NCBI GenBank assembly: GCA_013239625.1
Contig: MU053559.1
Location: 124,001-188,000 of the forward strand
DNA length: 64,000 nucleotides
Direction of reading: 5' to 3'
DNA from: Lama guanicoe
Taxonomy: Eukaryota
The position numbers and the translations under genes are program-made. Positions within the stretch are counted from its first letter, which is position 1, and each line of letters opens with the position of its first letter. The notes under the pieces are model-generated. The model was not told the DNA's origin. It did not search any database and was given only the letters and a program-made list of their open reading frames with translations. Of this stretch, positions 53,430-64,000 are shown piece after piece.

Positions 53430-54050
53430 CCACAGGGTCAGAGGTCGCGGGTGCGCGCGCAGGTACATCCCTGGTCGGCGTTTCCGGGCCTTCACCCCGC
53501 CCCGTCTCCTCCCTTCCAACCCCAGGCGGGCATTACTCACCGAGGGTCCTCGCCCCGCGGCGTAGGCGGGGTCGATGCAGGCCGGTAGGGGTGGTGGGCG
53601 CGCCCCTCCCTCGCTGCCCCCGGCTCGTCCCCGGGCTCGTGCCTACTCCCCTTCCGCGCCCCGCCTGTGGGCCGCGTTCGGCCGCGCGACTGTTAGCCGT
53701 GGGGGCCAAACGGGGGGCACAGGGAGGGTGGAAGAGGGGCGCCCGCTCGGCGGCGGGAGGTGGCCCCGGGCCCCCCCCACCTTCAACTCGGGTCTGTCCG
53801 CTCCAGGCGGCACCGCCACCTCCGCCGCTGAGCGCGAGCCTGGAGGGGCGGGGGGAGACGGGGGGCGGGGCGCGAGACCACAGCAGCGGCGGAGACCAAG
53901 TGCGCAGGCGCCAGTTCGGGTCTTCGCTTTCCCTGCCCTGGGAGCGCCAGGAGCGAACCAGCTCGGAGCGCGTGCGCACACGCTTTCTCGAAGGCCGAGG
54001 AGCTCTTCTCCACCGAGACCACGCCCCCTCAGTGATTAGACTTGCGCCCC
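53430..54050 (-). promoter_or_regulatory. CpG island; probable CCDC120 promoter and non-coding first exon
   Basis: Dense CpG, GC boxes, tgcgca motifs; strong - strand donor ctcg|gtgagt ending an exon at 53541. Confidence 0.7.
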
Positions 54051-54949
54051 TCACCCCAAATCACCCCGCCACGAACATCCGAGCAGTACCCCAAACTGCC
54101 TTCTATCAGCCGTCACCACACCCCAAAATTCCCCCAACTACCCTCTGTGCCCCAAGTGCACCCCAAACCACACTCCATCATCCCCCACATTGTATCCCCA
54201 AAACATTTTCCATTGATCCCAAGCAGTACCCGCAAGCCGTCTTCCATGGACAACCAAGCTGTCCGAATAAGTTACCCTCCACTACCCCCAAGTTGTTTCC
54301 CTAAACCATCTGCAATCAGCCCTGAAACCATTAACCTCCAAAGAGCCCTTCCAAATAACTTTTCATCTAACCCCAATATGCACCCATTGACCCTAAACCA
54401 TTCTCTATGTACCCTTCTAACAATGCATTATTGATCCCCAAATGGCATTCCAAAAGCCCCCAACAATACCCCAAATATCCTCAGCTACCTTTGGCGTTGC
54501 CTCCACTTGCACCCCAAATCAATTCTAGCAGTCACCTGCTCTAACTCCAAATCATATTCTATGAACCTGCCCCCTTCCCACCAAACCTTTCACTGACCAA
54601 CCCCACACCCAGCAAAATAACCTTCCAACAGCCCCTATCACTATCCCATATACTGCCAACTACTCCAGGGGAGATCCCCCAACTGTGCTTAAAACTACCC
54701 TCCAACATCCTCTCCACCTCCAAACCACATTCCACAGATCCAAACTCCAGCCGCAAAACACTCTCCAACAGTCCTCAACAACACCTCCAAATAATCACTA
54801 ACTTTCTTTCTGTAGTTACCCAACTGAACCTGCAAATCGTACACCAATGGCCCAAGATGTGTACTTCAAACCCTCTAATGACTCTTACCCACACTCCAAA
54901 TCATTCCTCAGTGACCCTAACATATTACAAAGCATCCTCCAATGATCTT

Positions 54950-55320
54950 CTTTTAAAACAACTTAATCGAGGCACAATTTACATACCATAAAAGTCACTC
55001 ATTTTATGCATGCAATTCAATTATTTTAGTGAAGTTACCAAAGTGTGCAACAATCACCACTATCCAGTTTTAGAGCATTTGCATCATTCTTATGAGATCC
55101 CTCATGCCCAAATACATTTAATCCCTGTTCCCAGTCCCAGTCCCAGTCCCAGGCAACCACTAATCTAATTTCGATCTCTATAGATTTGCCTTTTCTGGAC
55201 ATTTCATATAAATGCAATATATGGATTTTTTCATTTAGCATATTTTTTGAGGTTCAGTCATGTTGTAGCATGTATCAGGAGTTTGTTTCTTTTATTACTG
55301 AGAATGGTATTCCATCCAAT
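54950..55320 (-). mobile_element. Old L1 3' UTR fragment
   Basis: tttacataccataaaagtcactcatttt...caggcaaccactaatcta...tagatttgccttttctggacatttcatataaat. Confidence 0.75.
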
Positions 55321-55617
55321 GATCTTTAACTGCTCCCCAAAATCACCCACTAATAACTCCTCAACTACAACTCATAATATCCAGCTGACATCCAGACCTC
55401 AAAACAGGCCCCCAAACTGCATCCCAGACTATACCCATCAGCCTTCAATTATATCCCAAAACCGTGCTATTGATCCTCAAACTTCATCACTAAACTTTCC
55501 ACCAGGTTCTCACCTTCACCCTGAATCCTCCTTCCAACAGACCCTACTCTACCCTCAAACTGCCCTCTAACTCCTAAAAATATCCCCAAGTGCCAGTTCA
55601 ATGATGCCCAACTTGGT

Positions 55618-55705
55618 GGGTGGGGAGTATAGCTCAGTGGTAGAGCACATGTTTGGTGTGCACGAGGTCCTGGGTTCAGTCACCAGTGTCTCTGTTAAGG
55701 GGGCA
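55618..55705 (+). mobile_element. tRNA-derived SINE
   Basis: gagtatagctcagtggtagagc...gtcctgggttcagt; flanked by atgatgcccaact direct repeat. Confidence 0.75.
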
Positions 55706-55900
55706 GGGATGATGCCCAACTCTAACCCCAAACTACTCTCTAACAATTACAAACCTCACCCCCAAAATTTCCTTTTCAAGAGCCCCCAACTCTGCTTCTA
55801 AATACCCTTTTACTACCTTCCCTTGGTCCCATAGCTGCAGCCCCAAACTATACCTCCAAACCACTCTTCAATGACAGCTATACCCAACCTTATCTTAAAT

Positions 55901-56060
55901 TACAGTCGGCCCTCCATATCCAAGGGTCCCACATCAGGGGATACAAAGGCCAATTGTACTATGCCATTTTATATAAGGGACTTGAGCATCTGTGGATTTT
56001 GGTATCTTTGCAGGGGTGTCCTAGAACCAATCTCCCCACAGATACTGAGAGATGACTGTA
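55901..56060. mobile_element. TcMar-Tigger MITE (MER2/Tigger3-like)
   Basis: ta-cagtcggccctccatatcc ... gatactgagagatgactg-ta TIRs with TA target site. Confidence 0.7.
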
Positions 56061-56312
56061 TGTGCAACTGCACCCACAAAACATCTTCCAATTTTCTCCA
56101 ACCATACCACCCAAACCACCCTCCAAGAACTTCCAACTACACCTCCAAATCACCCTCCAGTGAGCCCCCAACCCCATCTCAGTTTTCCCTTTGATGACTC
56201 CAACTGTACCCACTTTTCAATGCCCCTAATTACACTCTCAAACTGCCCTCAATAATCCCCAAACATACCCCTAAATCCCTTCAACAACCCCCAAATCTAC
56301 CCCCAAGCCATC

Positions 56313-59300
56313 TGTATTAGGTTCCTGTGGCTACTGTGATGAATTACCACAAGTTCAGTGGCTTATAACATAAGAAATTTATTTTCTCAGTTCTGGGGTC
56401 CAGAAGACCAAAATCAAGATGCCAGCAGGGTCATGCTCCCTCCAGAGGCTCTAGGGGAGAATCAGTTTACTGCCTATTCCTCTTTTAGTGGCTGTCAGCA
56501 TTCCTTGGCTTGTGGCCACATCAGAACAATCTCTGCTTGATGGTCATATTGCCTTCTTTTCTGTCAAATCTGCCTCCACCTTCCTCTTATGAGGACAGTG
56601 GTTACAATTAGAGTCCCCTGGATAATCTAGGATAATCTCCCCATCTCAAAGTGCTTACCTTAATCACATCTGCAAACCACAAAGTCCTCTTTTTTCTTTT
56701 CTTTTTTGTTCCATCTAAGGTACATTCAAAGGTTCCAGGAATTAGGGTGCGCATATCTTTGGTGGGGGCATCATTCAGCCTACAACAGTATACCTTTTGG
56801 TGCCCAAAGATACACATCCATTCTATGTGAAAAACACATGCACCTCATCCCAACACTCCTGTAATTCCAATCCCTTACAGCATCAACTCAAATTCAAAAA
56901 TCTGACTTTAATATCATCAGCTCAAACGTTTCAAATCTCATCATCTAAACCATCTAAATCAGATATGAGACTCGGGGGATGATCTATCCTGAGGCCAAAT
57001 TCCTCTTCATCTCTGGACCAGTTAAACTAGAAAATAAGTAGGATCTGTTCACAGAACACAATGGTGGTACGTGGGGGAGGGTATAGCTCAAGCGGTAGAG
57101 TGCATGCTTGGTATGCACAAGGTCCTGGGTTCAACCCCCAATACCTCCATTATAAAAATAAATGAACCTAATTATCTCCCCAACAAAAATTCTAAAAAAA
57201 AAAACCCATAATGATGGGACAGACATAGGATAAGAATTACAGAGTTTCCTATTCCAAAAGGGATAAAATGGAAGGACAAAAAGATGTCACTGGTCCCAAG
57301 TAATTGTGAAATCCAGCAGGGCAAGTTTCATTCAGTTTTAAGGCCTGGGAATAATCCTCTGTGGCTTGAGGCTCTACCTCTGGGCTCACAGCTGTGCCCA
57401 CGGAGTCATTCTTCATTTCCCTTGAAGGGTAGCACATATTTGCTGCTGAGTAGTTTTAGACTGCATCCTTCCAGTAAAACTTTGGGAGTCCAACATCCTT
57501 CCTTTGTTTCACCCTGTCTCTGTTTTCTTCAAGCCCATCATGCAGTGTTTCAGGCCATATAACATTCTGAAAACTCTTTTGGGTCACTCATGAAAGTCAC
57601 AGGGGTTCACATCATTAGACAAGAGAGTCCTCCTCAAATCTTTTCGTGGGCAATCCCATCTCCATTCCTGACTCCTGCTGAGATAGTTGGTAGGATCCAT
57701 GAGTCACACAGAATCTCCTTAGTACTAGCCAAGGCTGTCCAGCCACACCCTTGGCTTTCTATCCAGACCATACTTTCCTGACAATAAATCTCCAAAATTT
57801 TGTGTCTTTTGCAATCTGGACAGTCTGAGAATTTTCCGAATCATCAAATTCTGGATCCATTTTGCTTAACAATTCTTCCCTTAATTGATTTCTTTCCTTT
57901 CACATTTTACCGTAAGCAGCAAGAAGAAACCAGGTGGTACCTTCAACACTTTCTTTGGAAATCTCATCTAAATATCTAAGTCCATCACTTACCAGCCCTG
58001 CTTTCCGCACAACTGTAGGACATAATTCAGCTCAGTTTTCTGCCTTTATATAAGGAGGATCTTCTTTTCTCTAGTTTCCAATAACATGTTCCTTATTTCC
58101 TCCTGAGCCCTCACCAGCAGCACCTTTATCATGAATATTTCTACCGACATTATGCTTATGATGATACATGTATTATTCTCTAAGACACTGTATGCTTTTT
58201 CTCGGATGTTGTCACTTCCTTCTGAGCCTTCACCAGCAGTGCTTTATTTATTTTTTTAATTATTTTTAATTTTTAAGGGGGAGGTAATTAGGTTTAATTA
58301 TTTATTTTGATGGAGGTACTGGGGATTGAACCCAGGACCTCGTACATGCTAAGCGCGCACTCTCCCACTGAGCTACATCCACCCCGACCAGCAGTGCTTT
58401 TAATACTTATATTGCTACCAACAGTCTGTTCAAGGCAATATGGGCTTCTTCTATCATGTGCCTCAGAATTCTTCCAGCCTCTACCCACTATCCAATTCCA
58501 AAACCACTTCATTGAGGGGTGGTAATCAGGTTTATTTATTTATTATTATTATTATTTTTATTTTTATATAACAGAGGTGCTGGAGATCGAAACCATGACC
58601 TCATGAATGCTAAGCATGCACTCTACTACTGAGCTATACCCTCCCCCTCATTTTTTAAGGTATTTGTTACAACATGTTATGGACTTAGTTGTGTCCACCT
58701 CCCCCCCCCACCAATTGATATGTTGTAGCCTTAGCCCCCAATATGACTGTATTTGGAAATAGGGCCTTTAATGAGATAGTTAAGGTTAGAGGAGGTCAGA
58801 AGGGTGGGGCCCTGATCCAAAAGGCATCAGGAGAGCACACGCATGAAGCAAAGGCCCCATGAAGACACAGCAAAAGAGCAGTCATCTGCATGTCAGGAAG
58901 ACAGCTCTCATCAGAAACCAACCCAGATGGCACCTTGATCTTGGACTTCTAGCCTCCAGAACTGTGAAAAAATTAATTTCTGTTGTTTAATGCACCCAGT
59001 CTATGGTATTCTGTTATGGCAGCCCAAGCAGAATGAGACACAGGTACCAACATCTATATTAGTTTCCTGTGGCTGCTGTAACTAATTACCACAAATTTCA
59101 TGGCTTAAAAATATAAGAAAATCTATTCTTTCACAGTTCTGGGGGTCAGAAGTCCAAAACCAGTTTCACTGGGCAAAATCAAGGTGTCGAGCAGGGCGGT
59201 ACTCTCCCCAGAGACTCTAGGGGAGAATCTGTTGCCTCTTCCAGCTTATGGTGACTGCCAGCATTCCTTGGCTTGTGGCTATATCACTACAATCTCTGCC

Positions 59301-59518
59301 TCTGTGGTCATATTGCCTTCTCCTTTTCTGTTTGTCAAATCTAGCTCTGCTTTCCTCTTATAAGGACGCTTGTGATTACAATTAGGTTCCATTCAGATAA
59401 TCCCAAAATTCTTAATTTAATCATACCTGCAATTTTTTTGCCATATAAGGTAACATTTACAGGTTCCAGGGATTAGGACATGGACATCTTTGAGGGGGGC
59501 ATTAGTCAGCCTACCACA
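56313..59518 (-). mobile_element. Full-length MaLR (MLT1-type) LTR element: LTR 56313-56787, internal region, LTR 59055-59518; nested solo LTR (~58675-59040) and three SINEs
   Basis: Two homologous LTRs (t.tattag.ttcctgtggct.ctgt...cagcctac.aca) with 5-bp TSD ccatc at 56308-56312 and 59519-59523. Confidence 0.8.
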
Positions 59519-60015
59519 CCATCCCATAACAGTTAACAACTCTATTAACAACTCCTTGAACTATCTTACAGAAGATAAAACTCTATCTCTAAACACTTCC
59601 CATAGTCCCACCAACTGCATCCCAAATTATCTTCCATTCCCCAACTATATTCCCAATTTACCCTCCAATAGCTCCCACTTGCACTTTTTTTAAAATTGAA
59701 GTATCGTTGATTTACAATATTGTGTTCACCTACACTCTTAAACAGTCCTCTAGCAGCCCCACTCCTCCTGAAGCCCTTCACAAGATCCTTTAGTTGTGTG
59801 CAAACTGTCCTGTAATAGACCCCAATCTCATCCCAAGCCATCATCGATCACCACTCACATCTCTCCATAAACATCCCCACCTTCACCAACTAACTGCCCT
59901 CTCTTCTCCCTACATATCTCCTGTTCACCCCACCCTACAGTTGTGTTGCAATGAAACCCCAGCTGCCAGAAAGAGAGAGCAGCGTTGAAAGAGTTGTGAA
60001 GTTGTGAGCAAGAGA

Positions 60016-60019
<4 letters not shown>

Positions 60020-60047
<28 letters not shown>
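60020..60047. repeat. (GA)n microsatellite
   Basis: Directly visible. Confidence 0.95.
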
Positions 60048-60050
<3 letters not shown>

Positions 60051-60955
60051 AGGATGGGCTTATTGTGCAGGGTGTGTGATGAGGAAACACTTGTCATGGT
60101 GATATATGGGATGTGTATGAGGCTGGTGTGTGCAGAACTGGGGTGTGCAACAGGATAATGAAGCTGTGGGTCTGATGTTATAAATTTTTTCTCCAAGTCT
60201 GCTGCAAGTCTTTTAACTTTGTTTGTAGCATCTTTAATCAGATTATAGTTTTATATTTCGATGTAGTCAAACTGGAGAGATAGTGGAGTGTGGTAGTAAA
60301 CAGTTCCTGGGTTCCAATCCTAGGTTTTATAAATTGGGGTGACCTAGGGCAAGTGACTTAACTTTGCTGTACCTTGGTTTCCTAATTTGTAGGTTGGGAT
60401 AATAAATGGAAGCCTTCTCGGAGGTCTGTTGTGAGGATTAAAATGAATTAATACAGATAGAGTGCCAAGAATGACCAATAAATGTTGCTTGTTGTTACTT
60501 TTCTTTATATCTTTTACTTTTTGTATCCGGTTTAGGAACGCCTTCTTTTTGCCAAAGACTTAAAAATATTCTCCAAAAATATTTTGTTCTGATGTTTTTT
60601 ATAGGTTTTGTTGTTGTTGTTGTTTAGGTCTTTAGCCAACCAGGAATTAATTTTTCTGAATTGAGTAAATTAGGAACCTAATCTCTCCCCTGAAAAGACA
60701 GTCATTTCTCCCCAAACCATTTTAGTAAATACCCATTTCTCTTCCAGTGACTTGAAATATCACTTTTGTCACTTACTAATTCCCACAAATACCTAGGTCG
60801 ATTTTTGGATTTTTTTTTCTGTACCACTGATTTAGTTTTCTATTCCCACTTCCGTATCACAATGTTTTAATTACTAGAGCTCTGTCATATATTTTAAATA
60901 TGGTAAGATGATGCCCTCCTCTTTCTTCTTCTTTTATAAAATTAGATATTCTTTT

Positions 60956-61361
60956 TAAAAAATATTTTATTTATTTGTTGCTGTATTATTTAATTATTTT
61001 ATTTTGGTGGGGGTGAGGGGAGGTAATTAGATTTATTTATTCTGAGAGGAGGTACTGGGGATAGAACCCAGGACCTGGGCCATGCTAAGCATGCACTCTA
61101 CTACTTGAGGTATCCCCTCCCCCTTAGATATTCTTTTTTTATTGAAGTATAGCTGATTTACAATGTATTAGTTTCAGGTGCACAGCAAAGTGATTCAGTT
61201 ATACATATATATATTCTTTTTCATTTTCTTTTTTGTTATAGGTTATTATAAGATATTGAATATTGTTCCCTGGGCTAAACAGTAGGTCTTTGTTGTTGAT
61301 CTATTTTATAAATAGTAGTCTGTATATGTTAATCCCAAACTCCTAATTTATCCCTCCCCCC
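60956..61361 (-). mobile_element. SINE (~60956-61123) plus L1 3' fragment (~61138-61361)
   Basis: Target sequence ttagatattctt repeated at 60942, 61124 and 61368. Confidence 0.75.
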
Positions 61362-62129
61362 ATAAAATTAGATATTCTTGCATATTTAAGATACCATAGG
61401 AATTTTAGCATCAGGTCTACAAGTTCCATTTTAGAACTTTTTTGGCAATGTATTGATTTTTTAAAGATTAATTCGGGAAAGAATTGTCATCCTTATTATG
61501 TGGATAATGTTTGTGTGTGAGTGTACGGCTTTGTGTGTGTTCACCAAGCCAACCTGGGAAATAAGGGTGCCAATACAAAGGGGGTAAAGCAAATGAGAGC
61601 TCATGATGGTCCAACTGATGTGAGTTTCTGATGGTCCAATTCATGGGCATGGTCTTGGGATGTTGGGAGGGATACAGGGAAGGTTGTTGGTCCGGGTGTT
61701 TTGTGAGCTGACTGTGCACCTGAAGGTATGGGTGGGACCCTCTGCTGTGTGCGAGATGGCTTGCATGTATCTAGCACACAGAGGAGCTCAATAAGTGTTG
61801 AATCAGTGAACCAATTAATTTGGGGGGATCTTCTTGTATGCCAAACAACCTACTAGCACTATTCATAAATTACCCGTAATTCTCATAACAACCTGGCCAC
61901 AATGGTATTAATAACCCCCATTTGACAGTACAGGAAAGCAGAGGCTTGGAGAAGGGAAGTCCCCAGCCCATATCCAAACCGGGGTCTTTATGATTCCAGA
62001 AATCATCCATCGAAGGGACCATATCTAATTTCCGTCCTTCCACTCATTCATCCATCTGTCAAAGATTTACTAAGCATCAACCGTGTAGCACAACGAACTA
62101 GTACAACAACCGGTCTAAATGACATAGAG

Positions 62130-63086
<957 letters not shown>

Positions 63087-64000
63087 TAGTGCTGACTGGG
63101 GTTCCCGGAGGCCTGGTCTGGGGGCAGCGGGGGCCCAGGGCCGTGATTGGAGGCCCTTGGCCTAGGCTTGGAGGACGTCGGGGCGCCCGACTTGGGGGGG
63201 CATCTAAGGAAATCGGCGGTGGCCTGCTTGGACTGAGGCTTAAAGGAGTCGTGGAAGTGCACTAAGGGAGGCCTGGTTCAGATTTGGGGGACCCTCGACT
63301 GGGTCTAGAGGGCCTGATTCTGTTCTGTCCAGGAACTGGTCTAGGGTAGTTGAACTTCGGGGACTGAGACTAATTAGAGGTTGAATTTGCGGTCCTTTGA
63401 GTCAGGCATGAGGGGAATGAATTTGAGGGGGCACTCTAGGTGAGGCACTGATTTTAAGGGACTCTTTCTCTCAGAGAAGGGGTTCTGGAGGACGGAGATG
63501 CTGTCTTAGGAGCTTGGTAACTCCCAGTGGCTGGTTGCTGGAGGCTGTTTGGAGATAACATGACTCTGGAGAGATTTGGGGGTATCTCAGAAATGCTGTG
63601 GAGGACTAGCCTTGTGAGTGTGTGGGAGTGAACATTGAAAGCAACATTTATCAAGACTTGACCAGAATAATCCCTTCATCCCTGTCCACCCATCCAAGCT
63701 GGGTCAGATCCCAGGGATAGTGGAAAAGCTCTCTTCCCACACCCCCATAGGGGCTTGAATGGGAGACAGTGAGGCATACAGGCAATGGAGATGGTGCCAC
63801 TTCTTAGCTCAGAGAAGGCCTCAGACCTTATTTGGAAACCCAGAGGAGGGTCTTGTTCCTGCTGCCACCTGCCTGAGCTTCTCAGCCGGCCCTTTTCACC
63901 CCCTACATACACACAGACAGACACAATTTTTTTTTATCTCATCCTTCCCGTCTGTCTCTTAGGCCCTGAAGACAATCTTGAATCTGACCCTAGAGCTGGA

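Noticed and set aside
53396..54304. 302-aa + strand ORF
   Set aside because: Spans a CpG island and low-complexity C-rich DNA; composition explains it.
63925..64000. Polypyrimidine tract plus AG at 63961-63962 as TFE3 exon 2
   Set aside because: The following sequence does not encode the expected TFE3 continuation (LNSLLPESG...); at most a cassette exon, and the window ends before it can be judged.

Overview
Mammalian genomic DNA from the block syntenic to human Xp11.23; the tRNA-derived SINEs resemble the camelid vic-1 type, so the species is probably a camelid. Splice-site-consistent exon chains were traced by hand for MAGIX (5' exons, - strand, runs off the left edge), GPKOW (+), WDR45 (+), PRAF2 (+), CCDC120 (-, two alternative C-termini) and TFE3 exon 1 (+). 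Genes were identified from remembered human protein sequences, not a database search. The main unexplained structure is a ~1.94-kb near-perfect inverted repeat (717-2653 / 3917-5853, 1.26-kb spacer). It duplicates the MAGIX promoter and exons 1-2 and points the second copy at GPKOW, and one of only about 4 arm differences destroys the exon-1 splice donor in that copy. Other anomalies: a +1 frameshift in GPKOW exon 5, an in-frame 45-codon tandem duplication in CCDC120, a 383-bp tandem duplication upstream of the WDR45 coding exons, a tailless internal L1 RT fragment, three stacked SINE+L1 insertions with triplicated target sites, and a full-length MaLR element with an intact TSD. Several of these could be assembly or base-call artefacts and need raw reads to confirm.
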